Shown here: piece by piece, positions 15,901 through 27,900 of the stretch
Layout of the letters: the number at the start of each line of letters is the position of its first letter
How positions within the stretch are numbered: position 1 is the first letter of the stretch
Source of the DNA: Narcine bancroftii
Taxonomy: Eukaryota
Direction of reading: 5' to 3'
Assembly: GCF_036971445.1 (NCBI RefSeq)
Contig: NC_091472.1
Location: 64,728,001-64,792,000 of the forward strand
DNA length: 64,000 nucleotides
Made by a program: the position numbers and the translations under genes
Notes under the pieces: generated by a model
What the model was told of the DNA's origin: nothing
Databases searched by the model: none
What the model saw: only the letters and a program-made list of their open reading frames with translations

Positions 15901-18900
15901 TGTGGCGTGTCTCGAGGTTCTAGCTCGGAAATAAGACACACACAAGGAATGTAGTTGACATTGATTAAATGAACTGGCTGCTCTCTTATATAGTTAGGCA
16001 ACCCTGGCTGCCATGTAACCGACAGGTATGACCCACCATCAGTTATTGGCTGGATTGGACTGTTTTGCTGTAGTAACATCAATGGGTCACCAGCAATTGG
16101 CTGGCAGAGCCCACTTTGCAGTGGCCTATGGGAACAAGCTGCTGATACCTTGTGCAGCCCGCTTGATTGCCGTGTTCGAACGCCGCCTTTTGTGTCAGCT
16201 TGCAGTGATAGCCGTGGGCCGCTACACGACCCATGACCACCGCCCCCCCCCCCCCAAGAACCTGCGAATATTAGTATATTAATATACACGTATATTAGTA
16301 CCTTTGGAAGGCCTGCCCCTGCAGCAAAGGATTGGGAGTGTAATTGGTTGCTGTCCAAATGTGCCGGTTTGAGCCAGTCAATCATGAAAGTCTCTTCCCT
16401 GCCTCTGATGTTCAAAATAGAAGTTGACCCATTGTGTCAGAGGATGTGATTTGGGCCTTCAAACAATCTTTGGAGTGAGCTCAGTGCCTCACAAAAACAT
16501 ATTCAGTTTTTGGGGACTATAGATCAAGGATGTCCATGCATTTTGGGAAGTGTTGATGCAAGCGTTCGTGCAGTCTGGCTAGGGCAGCGTCTAGTGGGTC
16601 TTTCGGGGTACTAGCCAAGAATTTGCTTGGGCGTGCTGTAAACTATCTTGGCTGCAGATATAATGAAAACCTCCTTGTGCAGTTCAAATGTCCAGGAGAA
16701 CCCACGGCAGCTCATTATTCAGTTGGGTCCTGAGAGTCTGGTCATGAGGGCTGATTTGAGGTGCCTATGGAACCTCTCTATCAATCTGTTGGCTTGTGGG
16801 TGATCTCCCATTGTCTGGTGGAGTTGGGTTCCAAGGGTATTGGCCAAGGCTGCCCATAGAATGTAGGCAAATAGGGCTCCTCTATCAGAGATTAGATGTT
16901 CTGGGACCCCAAAGGTGCCACCCAGTTGTTTAGCAGGGCCCTAGCACATGCCTCAGTGGGTACCTCAGGTAACGGGACTGCTTCGGGACACATGGTTGAA
17001 TGGTCTACAATAGTGAGCAAGTATCAGGAACACTGTGACAGCAGTAGTGGGCTGGCAATGTCCACGTGTAGGTGGCTGAACCTTCGCCGTGGTAGTTCGA
17101 AAGTCTGGAGAGGGGTCTTAACATGTGTCTGGATCTTAACAGACTGACATTGTGTGCAAGCCTTTGTCAACTGGCTGACCTCTTTTTGGAGGCCAAACCA
17201 GATTAATCAGTCAGCTACCATTCTGACAGTAGTCCTAATGGAGGTGTGTGCCAGACTGGAGACCATGTCAAAATTTTGTCTTTTTCAATTGTCTGGGATG
17301 ATTGGGCATGGCTTACTGGTAGCTGCGTCACACAAGAGTCATTTCACCTGGGCCGATTGGGATGTCCTCCAGTTTCAGGCCGGTTATTGCAGTCCGATAA
17401 GCAGGGATGTTGGGATTTGCTTGTTGTGCTTTCACCAGGGCAATGTAGTCAATGCTTGGGGCGGGGACACGTATAGCAGAAATGGCAGGTCAGGACAATA
17501 TATCCGCCACCACACTGGATTTTCCCGCAATATGACTAATGTCAGTAGAGAATTCTGAAATACAAGAAAGGTGTCTCTGTTGCCTGGCTGACCACATATC
17601 TTAAACTGCTGAACCATAAGTGCTTTATGGTTGGTGAAGATCTGGAATATCCTGCCCTCCAGGAAATATTGAAAATGCCTCACTGCCAGGTATAGAGCTG
17701 ACAGTTCATGGTTAAATGTACTATATTTCTGTTCCTGCAGTTAGAGGTGCTTGCTTAAAAAAGGCTAGTGGGTGCCATTATCCATACACCAGCTGCTCAA
17801 GCACACCCCTGACAGCTGTATAGGAGGCATCCACTGTAAGGGTTGTCAGGGTGTCAGATCTAGGGTGCACCAGTAGCATTGGGTTAGCCAGAGCGTCCTT
17901 AGCAGATTGGAAAGCCTCATCCATATAACGTCTTTCTTGTGACTGGAAATGAGGGAAAATAATGGCCTTGTGATGTGGGCTGCCACCGGTATGAATCGGT
18001 GGTAAAAATAATCATATCGCTGAATTTCTGTAGGCCTTTGACTATTTGGCCTAGAAAATGACTGAATGGCCTTTACCTTCTTAGGCAGTGGCCTGACCCC
18101 ATCTTTATTAATTTGATGCCCCAGGAAGTCAATAGTCTCATGGCCAAACTGGCATTTGCCAGGTTAATGGTTAACCTACTCACTCAGGCGAGTGCACAAA
18201 AGTCATGCGAGTAGCATTTTCAGCGTGGTCACGGCTAGTTATCAGAACATTGAGATAAATGAAAACAAATTGGAGATACAAGCCCACTATATCTATTAAC
18301 CTCTGGAAGATTTAAGCTGCATTTTTCAATCTGAAAGGCATCTGGAGGAACTCAAAAAGTCCAAAGGAAGGGTGATAATAGTGGTCTTAGGGCTATCATC
18401 CGGGAGGTCCAGGATTTAATGATAGCCCCAGATTGTCAAGTTTTGAGAATATACAGGCCCTTTGAAGGTTAGCGGTGAAGTCTTGTATGTTGGGGACCAG
18501 ATACCTGTCGGGCGTGGTGGCATCGTTGAGGTGTCAGTAGTCTCCACATGGCCTCCACACTGCTGATGCTTTGGCCATGGATTGTCAGATTATTGTACAA
18601 GTCCAAATTCCTCCATTTTACGGAATTCCTCCCTTGCCAGGTTAAGTTTCTCAGGTGGCAGGCAGCACATCCTGGTGTGGAGGGGAGGTCCTTTAGTGAG
18701 GATCTGGTGCCGCACCCTATGTTTGGTGTTGTAGAGGTGAAATGTAGCATTGTAATGGAAAGAAACTGGGCAATAATGTGTGAAAATGCATTGTCAGTCA
18801 CAGAATGTAGGTGCAGGGCCTTGAGTCCTATGCCATCAGGTCAGGTCTTCGAGTGTACCAGCCTCCGTTCCTTATTGTTCACTAGTAGAGAATTGGCCTG

Positions 18901-20090
18901 AAGGAAGCTGGCCCCCAGGAGTGGCTGTTGAACACATGCCAAAGTGAACCTCCAGGTAAAATGGCAGTTGCTGAAACAAAGGAAAATGGTGCGGGTGCCA
19001 AAGGTGCGTATGTCTGAGTTATTGGCAGCCCTTAGTTCTTGGCCCATCCTTTGGCTGCAGGTGTTGGAGGTGAGGGGGTGGGGGAGGACACTGACTTCAG
19101 TCCCAATATCGACCAGGAACTGGCGACCCGATAAGGATTCTCGTATATGAAGTAGGCTTTGATGTATGCTGACCATGGCAGCCATCATTGATGGCTGGCT
19201 CTGGGGTTTCCCGGGAACGCGCAGGGGGTGTGGCATCGACGGACTTCTGAACCCCAGTGTTGGTGATAAAAACAATACGGCTCACTGGTGGGGTCCGTCG
19301 CTTGGGTGAGTTTGTTGATCAGTGGGCTTCCTGGCTGGTCGTCATTGTTGAGGCATCGTCTCCTGTTCCAGCGTAGTGCGGGCACCTCTATTCGTCGCCC
19401 ATATCACGTCTGCTTGGGCAGCTACATTTCTGGGGTCATCAAAATCTTCTGCGATGAGCAGCTGGATGTCTTCAGGCAGCCACTCCAGAAACGTCTGCTG
19501 AAACAATGGGAAAGAGGTGTGGCCATTGTTAAGACTGAGCATGTCACTCATGAGGGCAGAAGGGGCCCTGACCCCCAAACCATCCATATGCAAAGGTTGG
19601 GCCTGAAAGTGAGGGTTAGTAGCTCAGTGATAGCTATATACTTCCCTATCTTCGGGTCTGTGAAAGGAAGTCAATGATCCAGGCTGTAGTGTCCTGCTCG
19701 AGGGCGCTTACTACGTTGTAGTAGCATGTGTCGTCAGTGAAGATCCAGTGAATGGCGAACTGTGCCTCGGCTTGCTGGAATCAAACCCATAGCTGCAACA
19801 CCCAGAAGCTCAGCAGCTTCATGGAGACTGTCCTGATTGAAGGTTTGTCTTCCATTTTGATATCCAGCGTTGGATCCAAAAATTCCATTTGAACCAGTCG
19901 GGGCCACCACTGTGGTGTGTCTCGAGGTTATAGTTCAGAAATAAGACACATACAACAAGGAGTGCAATTGACACTGACTTAATGAACTGGCTGCTCTCTT
20001 TTATATAGTTAGGCTGACCCTGGCTACCATGTGACCGACTGGCATGATGACCCACCATCGGTGATTGGCCAGTTTTGCTTTAGCGTCATC
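15901..20090 (-). mobile_element. Gypsy LTR retrotransposon, degenerate, with truncated 5' LTR
   Basis: 3' LTR 15901-16226 (TG...CA) next to a G-run PPT at about 16241-16255. Partial 5' LTR 19911-20090. PBS TGGTGGCCCCGAC (19897-19909), close to the tRNA-Trp complement. Remnants of gag (RAPSALMSDML), protease (FLVDIGTEVSVLP), RT, RNase H (RHFQYFLEGRIFQIFTNHK) and integrase, in Gypsy order. Confidence 0.9.
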
Positions 20091-21563
20091 GAAGGGTATG
20101 TCCACGTCTGCTGCAGGCCCGTTGGTGACTGACAAGTCTGATGCGGGACAGGCACGCACGGTTGCAGCAGTTCCAAGGGAAAATTGGTTGGTTGGGGTTG
20201 GGTGTTGGGCTTTTCCTCCTTTGTCTTTTGTCAGTGAGGTGGGTTCTGCAGTCTTCTTCAAAGGAGGTTGCTGCCCGCCGAACTGTGAGGCGTCAAGTAG
20301 CACGGTTGGAGGCGATATAAGCCCACTGGCAGTGGTCAATGTGGCAGGCACCAAGAGATTTCTTTAAGCAGTCCTTGTACCTCTTCTTTGGTGCACCTTT
20401 GTCTAGGTGGCCAGTGGAAAGCTCGCCATAGAACACGATCTTGGGAAGGCGATGGTCCTCCATTGTGGAGATGTGACCCACCCAGCGCACTTGGGTCTTC
20501 AGCAACATGGATTCGATGCTTGCAGACTCTGCCTGCTCGAGTACTTTGATGTTGGTGATGAAGTCATTCCAATGAATGTTGAGGATGGAACGGAGACAGC
20601 GCTGATGGAAGCATTCTAGGAGCCGTAGGTGATGCCGGTAGAGGACCCATAATTCGGAGCTGAACAGGAGCGTGGGCATGACAACGGCTCTGTACATGCT
20701 GATCTTTGTGTGTTTCTTCAGGTGGTTGTTTTTCCAGACTCTTTTGTGTAGTCTTCCAAAGGCGCTATTTGCCTTGGCGAGTCTGTTGTCTATCTCTTTG
20801 TCGATTCTTGCATCAGATGAAATGGTGCAGCCGAGGTAGGTAAACTGGTTGACCATTTTGAGTTCTGTGTGCCTGATGGAGATGTGGGGGGGGCTGGTGG
20901 TCATGGTGGGGAGCTGGCTGATGGAGGACCTCAGTTTTCTTCAGGCCGACTTCCAGGCCAAACATTTTGGCAGTTTGTGCAAAACAGGACGTCATGCGCT
21001 GGAGAGCTGGCTCTGAATGGGCAACTAAAGCGGCATCGTCTGCAAAGTGTAGTTCACGGACAAGTTGCTCTTGTGTCTTGGTGTGAGCTTGCAGGCGCCT
21101 CAGATTGAAGAGACTGCCATTCGTGCGGTACCGGATGTAAACACCGTCTTCATTGTTGAGGTCTTTCATAGCTTGTTTCAGCATCATGCTGAAGAAGATG
21201 GTAAAGAGGGTTGGTGCGAGGATGCAGCCTTGCTTCACGCCGTTGTCAATGGAGAAGGGTTCGGAGAGCTCATTGCTGTATCTGACCCGACCTTGTTGGT
21301 TTTCGTGCAGTTGGATAACCATGTTGAGGAACTTGGGGGGCATCTGAGGCGCTCTAGAATTTGCCAAAGCCCACGGTGTCAAAGGCTTTGGTGAGGTAAA
21401 CAAAGGTGATGTAGAGACCTTTGTTTTGTTCTCTGCACTTTTCTTGGAGCTGTCTGAGGGCAAAGACCATGTCAGTAGTTCCTCTGTTTGCGCGAAAGCC
21501 ACACTGTGATTCTGGGAGGACATTTTCGGCGACACTAGGTATTAGTCTATTAAGGAGAATCCT
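20091..21563 (-). mobile_element. RTE-clade LINE, 5'-truncated, fairly well preserved RT region
   Basis: RILLNRLIP...LPESQCGFR, GVKQGCILAPTLF, LHFADD, FTYLGCTIS, KANSAFGRL, RLPKIVFYGEL; a few frameshifts. Confidence 0.9.
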
Positions 21564-21963
21564 ACCATACTTTTACCATATTTAACAGATTAGTCATATG
21601 CTTTTACTCAAGGGAATAAAAAATGTCATTTGAAAAAAACGATACTTACAAGTAGAGATATATCAAACCATGGCTTGAAACCTTCTGGTCATTGACTGAT
21701 TTTGCCATATTCTTTTTCATAGATTTGTTTTGCAGGTCGTGTGAACTCGACTGAACAACAAATTAACTAACTCCTTACAAAATGCTAATGACACTTACAT
21801 TAAAAGTGACAAAACACACTAATAACAGTCTTTTTTAGCAGTCTGCATTCCACAAATTAGTTCAAATATAACAGAAACATATCTTTCACCCATTTTGCTG
21901 GACAGAATTTACAATGGTAGTGCAATTGTATTCAAAAACAAAAGTTTAGGACAGAAAAGTGTT

Positions 21964-24900
21964 TTAAAATCCTGGATCCCAGGATATCTTCTGTTGAATT
22001 TCTTTTTCTTCATAACATATAATTTCATCGCCCAGCTTTATATCAATATCGTTATCCAAGCTGAGGCCACATTCCATGCCTGCCTTCACAACAGTGACAT
22101 CATCCTTCACATGTCTGAGAGAAGTAAGGGAACCTGAATAGAGAAGAGAAAAATAGTGCTTTACACCACTGGTTACAAACACCCACCCCGCATAAACATT
22201 TTAAAACACATTTTCTGATTTGTGGCTTTTCTTTTGCTTGTCCAATGCATCTCTCACCAATACAGCAATAACCTTCACAGATCAATCAATACATCAGACA
22301 AGCAATTTGCTCTCTACCAAATTAATATTTTGCAAACATCTATTGCAAACATAAATACTCAATGCTACACCATTCTTAGAAATTTGTACTATATTAGCAA
22401 TTGTGCTTGCAATGATATTGTAAAATAGTAAAGCACAAACTATAATCAGAGCTAAATGAGAAAAAAAACATACCTTTCCACAAAATATGCCCGTTGCGGA
22501 TGAGCTTAAACTTCAGTTTTCTGTGCAACTGACCCTTTTGGACCCTACAACCTGCTACAGCAACCTCCTTTTTTCCCACTGTCACATGGAAAAGGGCCAA
22601 CACCGATGCCTCTCCTTAAAGCAAATAGTTTGGGTAAAAACTGCTGAGAATTGTAGCAGAGTATATTGAGAAATTAGATATATTAAGTCACAATTACATG
22701 CAAAATTTGGCACATTTAGAAATCTATACTGAACAATATTAAATTACACTGGACAACAAATTCCCCCCCACCCAAAAGGTTTGCTTCCTGCAAAAAAAAT
22801 TATCAGGGATTATGATAAACAACTTCAAGATGAAGATAAAGATAATTTCAGATTTCCTGTATCACAGAGAAGTTGGAAAAAAACCCATTAAATTAACCTT
22901 GATTGAATTTACCATGTTTAATTGCATAATGATGCTGCCACAATGCTTTAGATCAACTGACCTAAAAAATTTTTTGCCGCTGATTTTCGTTTGTGGTCAG
23001 CATCTCATGCCTCTTGTGTCAGTGTCCAACAAAAGTTGGTCAGTATTGATGGATTCCAGTTGCCTAATACTGTTTTCCCATGGTTGCAATGTCCTGGTGA
23101 AACCTTTCACCATGTTCATCACAGACTGCACCCAAGATCAACAGGAAAGAAGTCCACGTTTGAATGCAGAAAAATAACTTTCAATGACATGTTGCACTTT
23201 AGGACTTTCTATACTTGAAGTAAACTTAAAATATGACAGAAAAATAAAATCACAAAAATAGGTTATATCTAAAAAACAGTATGTGATATGAAAATTTTAA
23301 GATTTTTGTGATCAGGAGCCCAAAATCCATAAAATACACCCAAAGGTGTTCTGCTTCAATCTTTGTTGTCTAATGTTTTGTTACAAGATCTAAAATATAC
23401 CTTTTATGTTTTCTTCAATACTTGGGGGCAATTTGGCACTCAGTTCATCCTTGAGATCTTCAATGAGCTGGTAGATAACCTTAAACAATTTGATTTTTAT
23501 TCCTTTCTTAGTAGCCATCTGTTGTACCACTTTGTTTGCATTTACATTAAAGCCATATACCAAGCCTATAAATTCAATAAAAAAAGATACTGTTCATTTT
23601 CAAGCCAAAATTCTACACACTGATCCTAATGATAGAATCTTCCTGAACTATGCCTTCCACCCCCCCATCATTGTTAACAAACCCTCTCATTGAATTTCAT
23701 CCATTTGCCACACATATGGTCTCAATCACTGGCCTCCAGGACAGAACACGGATAGAGTTCTTGTGGTCCTCACCTCCCACCTCGCCAGTTCCCATATTCA
23801 ACAAATTATTCTCCACAATTTCTGCCATGTGCGTAAAATATTCAAACACCAGACCTTTCCCTTTGTGTCTCCCTGGTGCATCCTTCCCACCAATCACTCC
23901 ACTTCCTATGGCACTATCCCTTGCAGCTGCAAACAATGCAACATTTGTCCTTCCACCTCTTCCCCTATCACCCAAGAAGCTAGTCTTTTCAGGTGAGGCA
24001 GAGATTTACTTGTACTTTTTCCAAATTAGCCTCAACCATTGAGTTCACAATTTGAATTGTATTTGATAAGACTACTGATTTACCTTTTGTGAATATCATT
24101 TCACCTTAAACATTTCTTCCAGTAAAAAAATAAATGAGATTACAAATTTGCTCTTGGCAAATTGGTCCATGCTGGGTCTACCTCTCAAATACATGTTTTC
24201 TGAACCACTGAATGAGCTATCTCTACAAACCTAAGTCTCAGCCTACCACTAGCATTTATTTTCACTGAAACCCTTTCTCAGCTCATGACTATTGTACTAC
24301 CCCACATTCTCTAGTGCACACTCCCTTCCAGAATTGATGGATGACCCAAGAAATAGATCTTAATTGGTCCTGATTCAGATCCAAATCCACAGCTACAAAA
24401 GTACTTTGTAATAGAGAATTACTGACTTCAGGAATGAAAAGGCTGAGGAAAAACAACACCTTGGATACTTTGAAATTACACGGAGAGAGATTAAAAACTA
24501 ATTACATTTAGATTGCAAATTTATTGTCAGAGTATATACATGACATTTCATACAACCCTGCAGGTGAGGCAGAATTATGACTTATTGGTAATGCAAAAAA
24601 CTGTACACAGCATATACATGTAAACAAATAAAGAACTCTAAACAGATATATTTAAAAAATTTAAATTTAAATAACTTAATTTTTTTTAAAGACGTACTGA
24701 ATGGTAACAGGCCATTTTGGCCCACGAGTCTGTGCCGCCCAATTAACCTACACCCCCAGTATGTTTCAAACAGTGGGAGGAAGCCGGAGCTCCCGGGGAA
24801 AGCCCACGCAGACATGGGGAGAACAGACAAACTCCTTAGAGACGGCGCAGGATTCGTACCCCAGTCCAAATCACGGCACTGTGAAGGCATTGCGCTGCTA

Positions 24901-27900
24901 CCAACCGTGCCACCCAACAAATGTACTGAATGTAAACAAATCAACTGTGCAACACAGAATTTTATTTAAAAAAATCAATAGTGTCAAAGTAAGAGCCCTT
25001 AAATGAGTCCCTAATTGAGTATGTCGTTGAGGAGTCTGATGGTGGAGGGGTAGCAGCTGTTCCTGGACCTGGTGGTGCAAATCTCATGGCACCTATACCT
25101 CTTTACTGATGGCAGCAGCGAGAACACAGTGTGTGCTGGGTGATGTGGATCTTTGATGAGTGCTGCTGTTCTCCAAATGCAGCGTTCCCTGTAGATGTTC
25201 TCAATAGTGGGGTGGGTTTTGCCTGTGATGTCCTGGGCCATGTCCACTACCTTTTGGAGGGCTTTGCGCTTTACTCATTAAGATCAATATTGAAATCTTA
25301 CCCGAAAAAGTCTCAGCTGATTCTACATCATTTTCACTGACATCTCCAATGCCAAAATGGATCACCTGCAGGTTGCACTGCTCATCAGCATTATAATCAT
25401 CTAAGATGTTCAGAATGGCTTCGACAGAGCCATCCACATCACCTGCAGAAACAAAGTACTTTTAAAATATTTTAATTACTTTTTCAAAATGTGACCAAAA
25501 TGGCATTTACCACAAAAGGTACTCCTTCTCTAGAACAAAAGTCCAAACATTCAATTAGGTTAGATTCCATCTTCATCTGATGCCAAATGCTTTGAAAACA
25601 ATCCAAAATCCACAGAAAGGTCTGTTATTCATTATCTGAACCTCCTAGCGAGAAAGCTGGCAATATTAATCAAGAATCCAACATGAGAATATTATATTAA
25701 TCGGGCACATGATTGCTATCAAGTTTTTTGTGGGACCAGACAGTCAGTATTCTCTATCCAACCATAAATGAAAGAGGACCAATGGTCTGCCCTTTTTGAA
25801 CAGACACAGCCTCTCTTTTGGCTCAGTCAAGAAAATTGGATTCTTTCTGATCTATAATCTTCAGAGTCCATTGTTGAGTTCCACTAAGGTTATGCTAATT
25901 GCATTAAATAGATTTGGAATAAGAAGCCATAAACTGGGCCTTCTCTCTGCCAGTGTAAATAAGGACATCAGTTAAAGACATAGTTGGATGTAGCTAAATA
26001 ACCATAAGCCCACCAATATTATGACTAAGAATTATACAAACGTTATAGACATTCAGACAAGTTAACAAGGGACATTCTGGGTAGGCCATAAATGAAGAGA
26101 ATGAACAGAAAAGTTATCCAAAATAAGAAAAAATAAACAATGCTCTCTGGGTAGAATATTCAAACAGCAGCTCCATAAATGAGCAGAATAACTAGCTTTA
26201 TTACTGCCCCAAAATTGTAAATAATATCCCAAAGCTGTAGTATGAGTACAGCACTGTACATGACTGAAGCCCAATGGAGTCATGGATGATATATCACAAG
26301 ATGATAGAATTACTATTTTCATTTACCTTTTACAATTATTGGAAGTGTATACTTGTCCATTTCACTCTTCTCTTTAGGCCTTGTTGCCATTAGATGTTTA
26401 TTGGCCTTGTACTTAGCAGATTTTCTCTGTCTCCAGTTCAGGGTATTAAAGCTCTCTTGTTCTTTCTTGTATGCCTCAAGGTGTGCCCTCCGTTTTGCTT
26501 CAATTACCTCAAGATCTTGTTTGATTTTTTCTTGTGCTTCAACATAGCTTCTCCATTCTAAGACCTCTCTGGCTCTTTGCTTTGCAGCCAAGCAGGGCAT
26601 TAGAAAAGATCAAACACATCAAGTTGCTATCAGAACACAGTACAAGATACAGAGGGCAATAATAGCTATTTTGACAAGTTGTAGTATCATGAAGGTAAAC
26701 ATGTGAGTTTATTGTCAAACACACAAGTTCAATTCACAGATGCACCAAAATTCTTAACTTGCTGCAACCAAACAAAGGCACAAGATTCATCAGCTATTAA
26801 ATTAGTAACAATTAGTAAAAGCTAGTAACAGTTAAAATTACCACAACTGAAAGAAAAAAAATCATAGGATAGATAATAAATATTCACAGATGCAGTTAGA
26901 AAAGAAGTGACATTTCAGTTGTGAAAACATATCTTTTGGTGATCCTGGGGTAGTTTATAGTTTGCGATAGAGGCGATGCAGTCTGATAGCTATTGGATCA
27001 AATTGTTCTTGAACCTGGAAGTGCTTGCTACAGCTAGGGCTATCTTAACAAATCTTTTTTGTGCATCCTCCAAGTCAATTCCAAATTCTTTATTTTTTAT
27101 GTTACTTAGGAGAAAGATCTCTGGATTCTTTGGTATATTGTTTTCTGTTATTTTATTTAATATCTGATTGAGATCATCCCAAAATTTTTCTACTCTCTCA
27201 CATGTCCAGATTGCATGAATTGTTGTTCCCCTTTCTTTTTTACATCGAAAACATCTATCAGATACCTGGAAATTGGAAGATAATTTGAAAATACAACAAT
27301 GGTATATAGAAATGAATAAATGTATTCCATTAGAAAAAATAACATATAGTTTAAGAAATAATATTGAAATATTCGAACAAGTATGGGAGCCTTACATTAA
27401 ATACAATAGCGAAAACCTACCGGGAACAAACATTACCTAAGTTGATGGAAGGAGAAGAAAAGAAAAGAATGGACTCAGTAGAATTTCTGGTGTATTTTTG
27501 TTGAATGACAACATTGTCTAACTGAATTAATGCAACCTAGATTGTATAACTAAAATGGATGAGAGGGGGGGGGGATGGGGGGGTGGCTTGGGAGGAGGGA
27601 GGGGGGAGGGAGAAAAAGTCACTGTAAATGTGTGGAAAAGAAAAAGTGTATATCATGGCTATTGTGATTTATGGTGTGAAAAAAAAAAAATTAAAAAAAA
27701 AAAAAAACAAAACCTGGAAGTGCTTGACTTTAGGGTTCTGTACTTTCTGCCTAATGGGAGCAGTGACAAAAGGTTGTGACCAGCATAATGAGGTTCCTTT
27801 ATGATGTTAGCAGCCTTCTTGAAGCAGTGCTCACATCATTATCTTCAATGAACAGGAGGTCGATTCCAGTGATCAATTCGGAGAGATTTGCCACTTTCAG

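Noticed and set aside
20293-21535. RTE ORFs (203 and 240 aa) as an active or domesticated gene
   Set aside because: Frameshifted, 5'-truncated, no endonuclease, and has an internal deletion.
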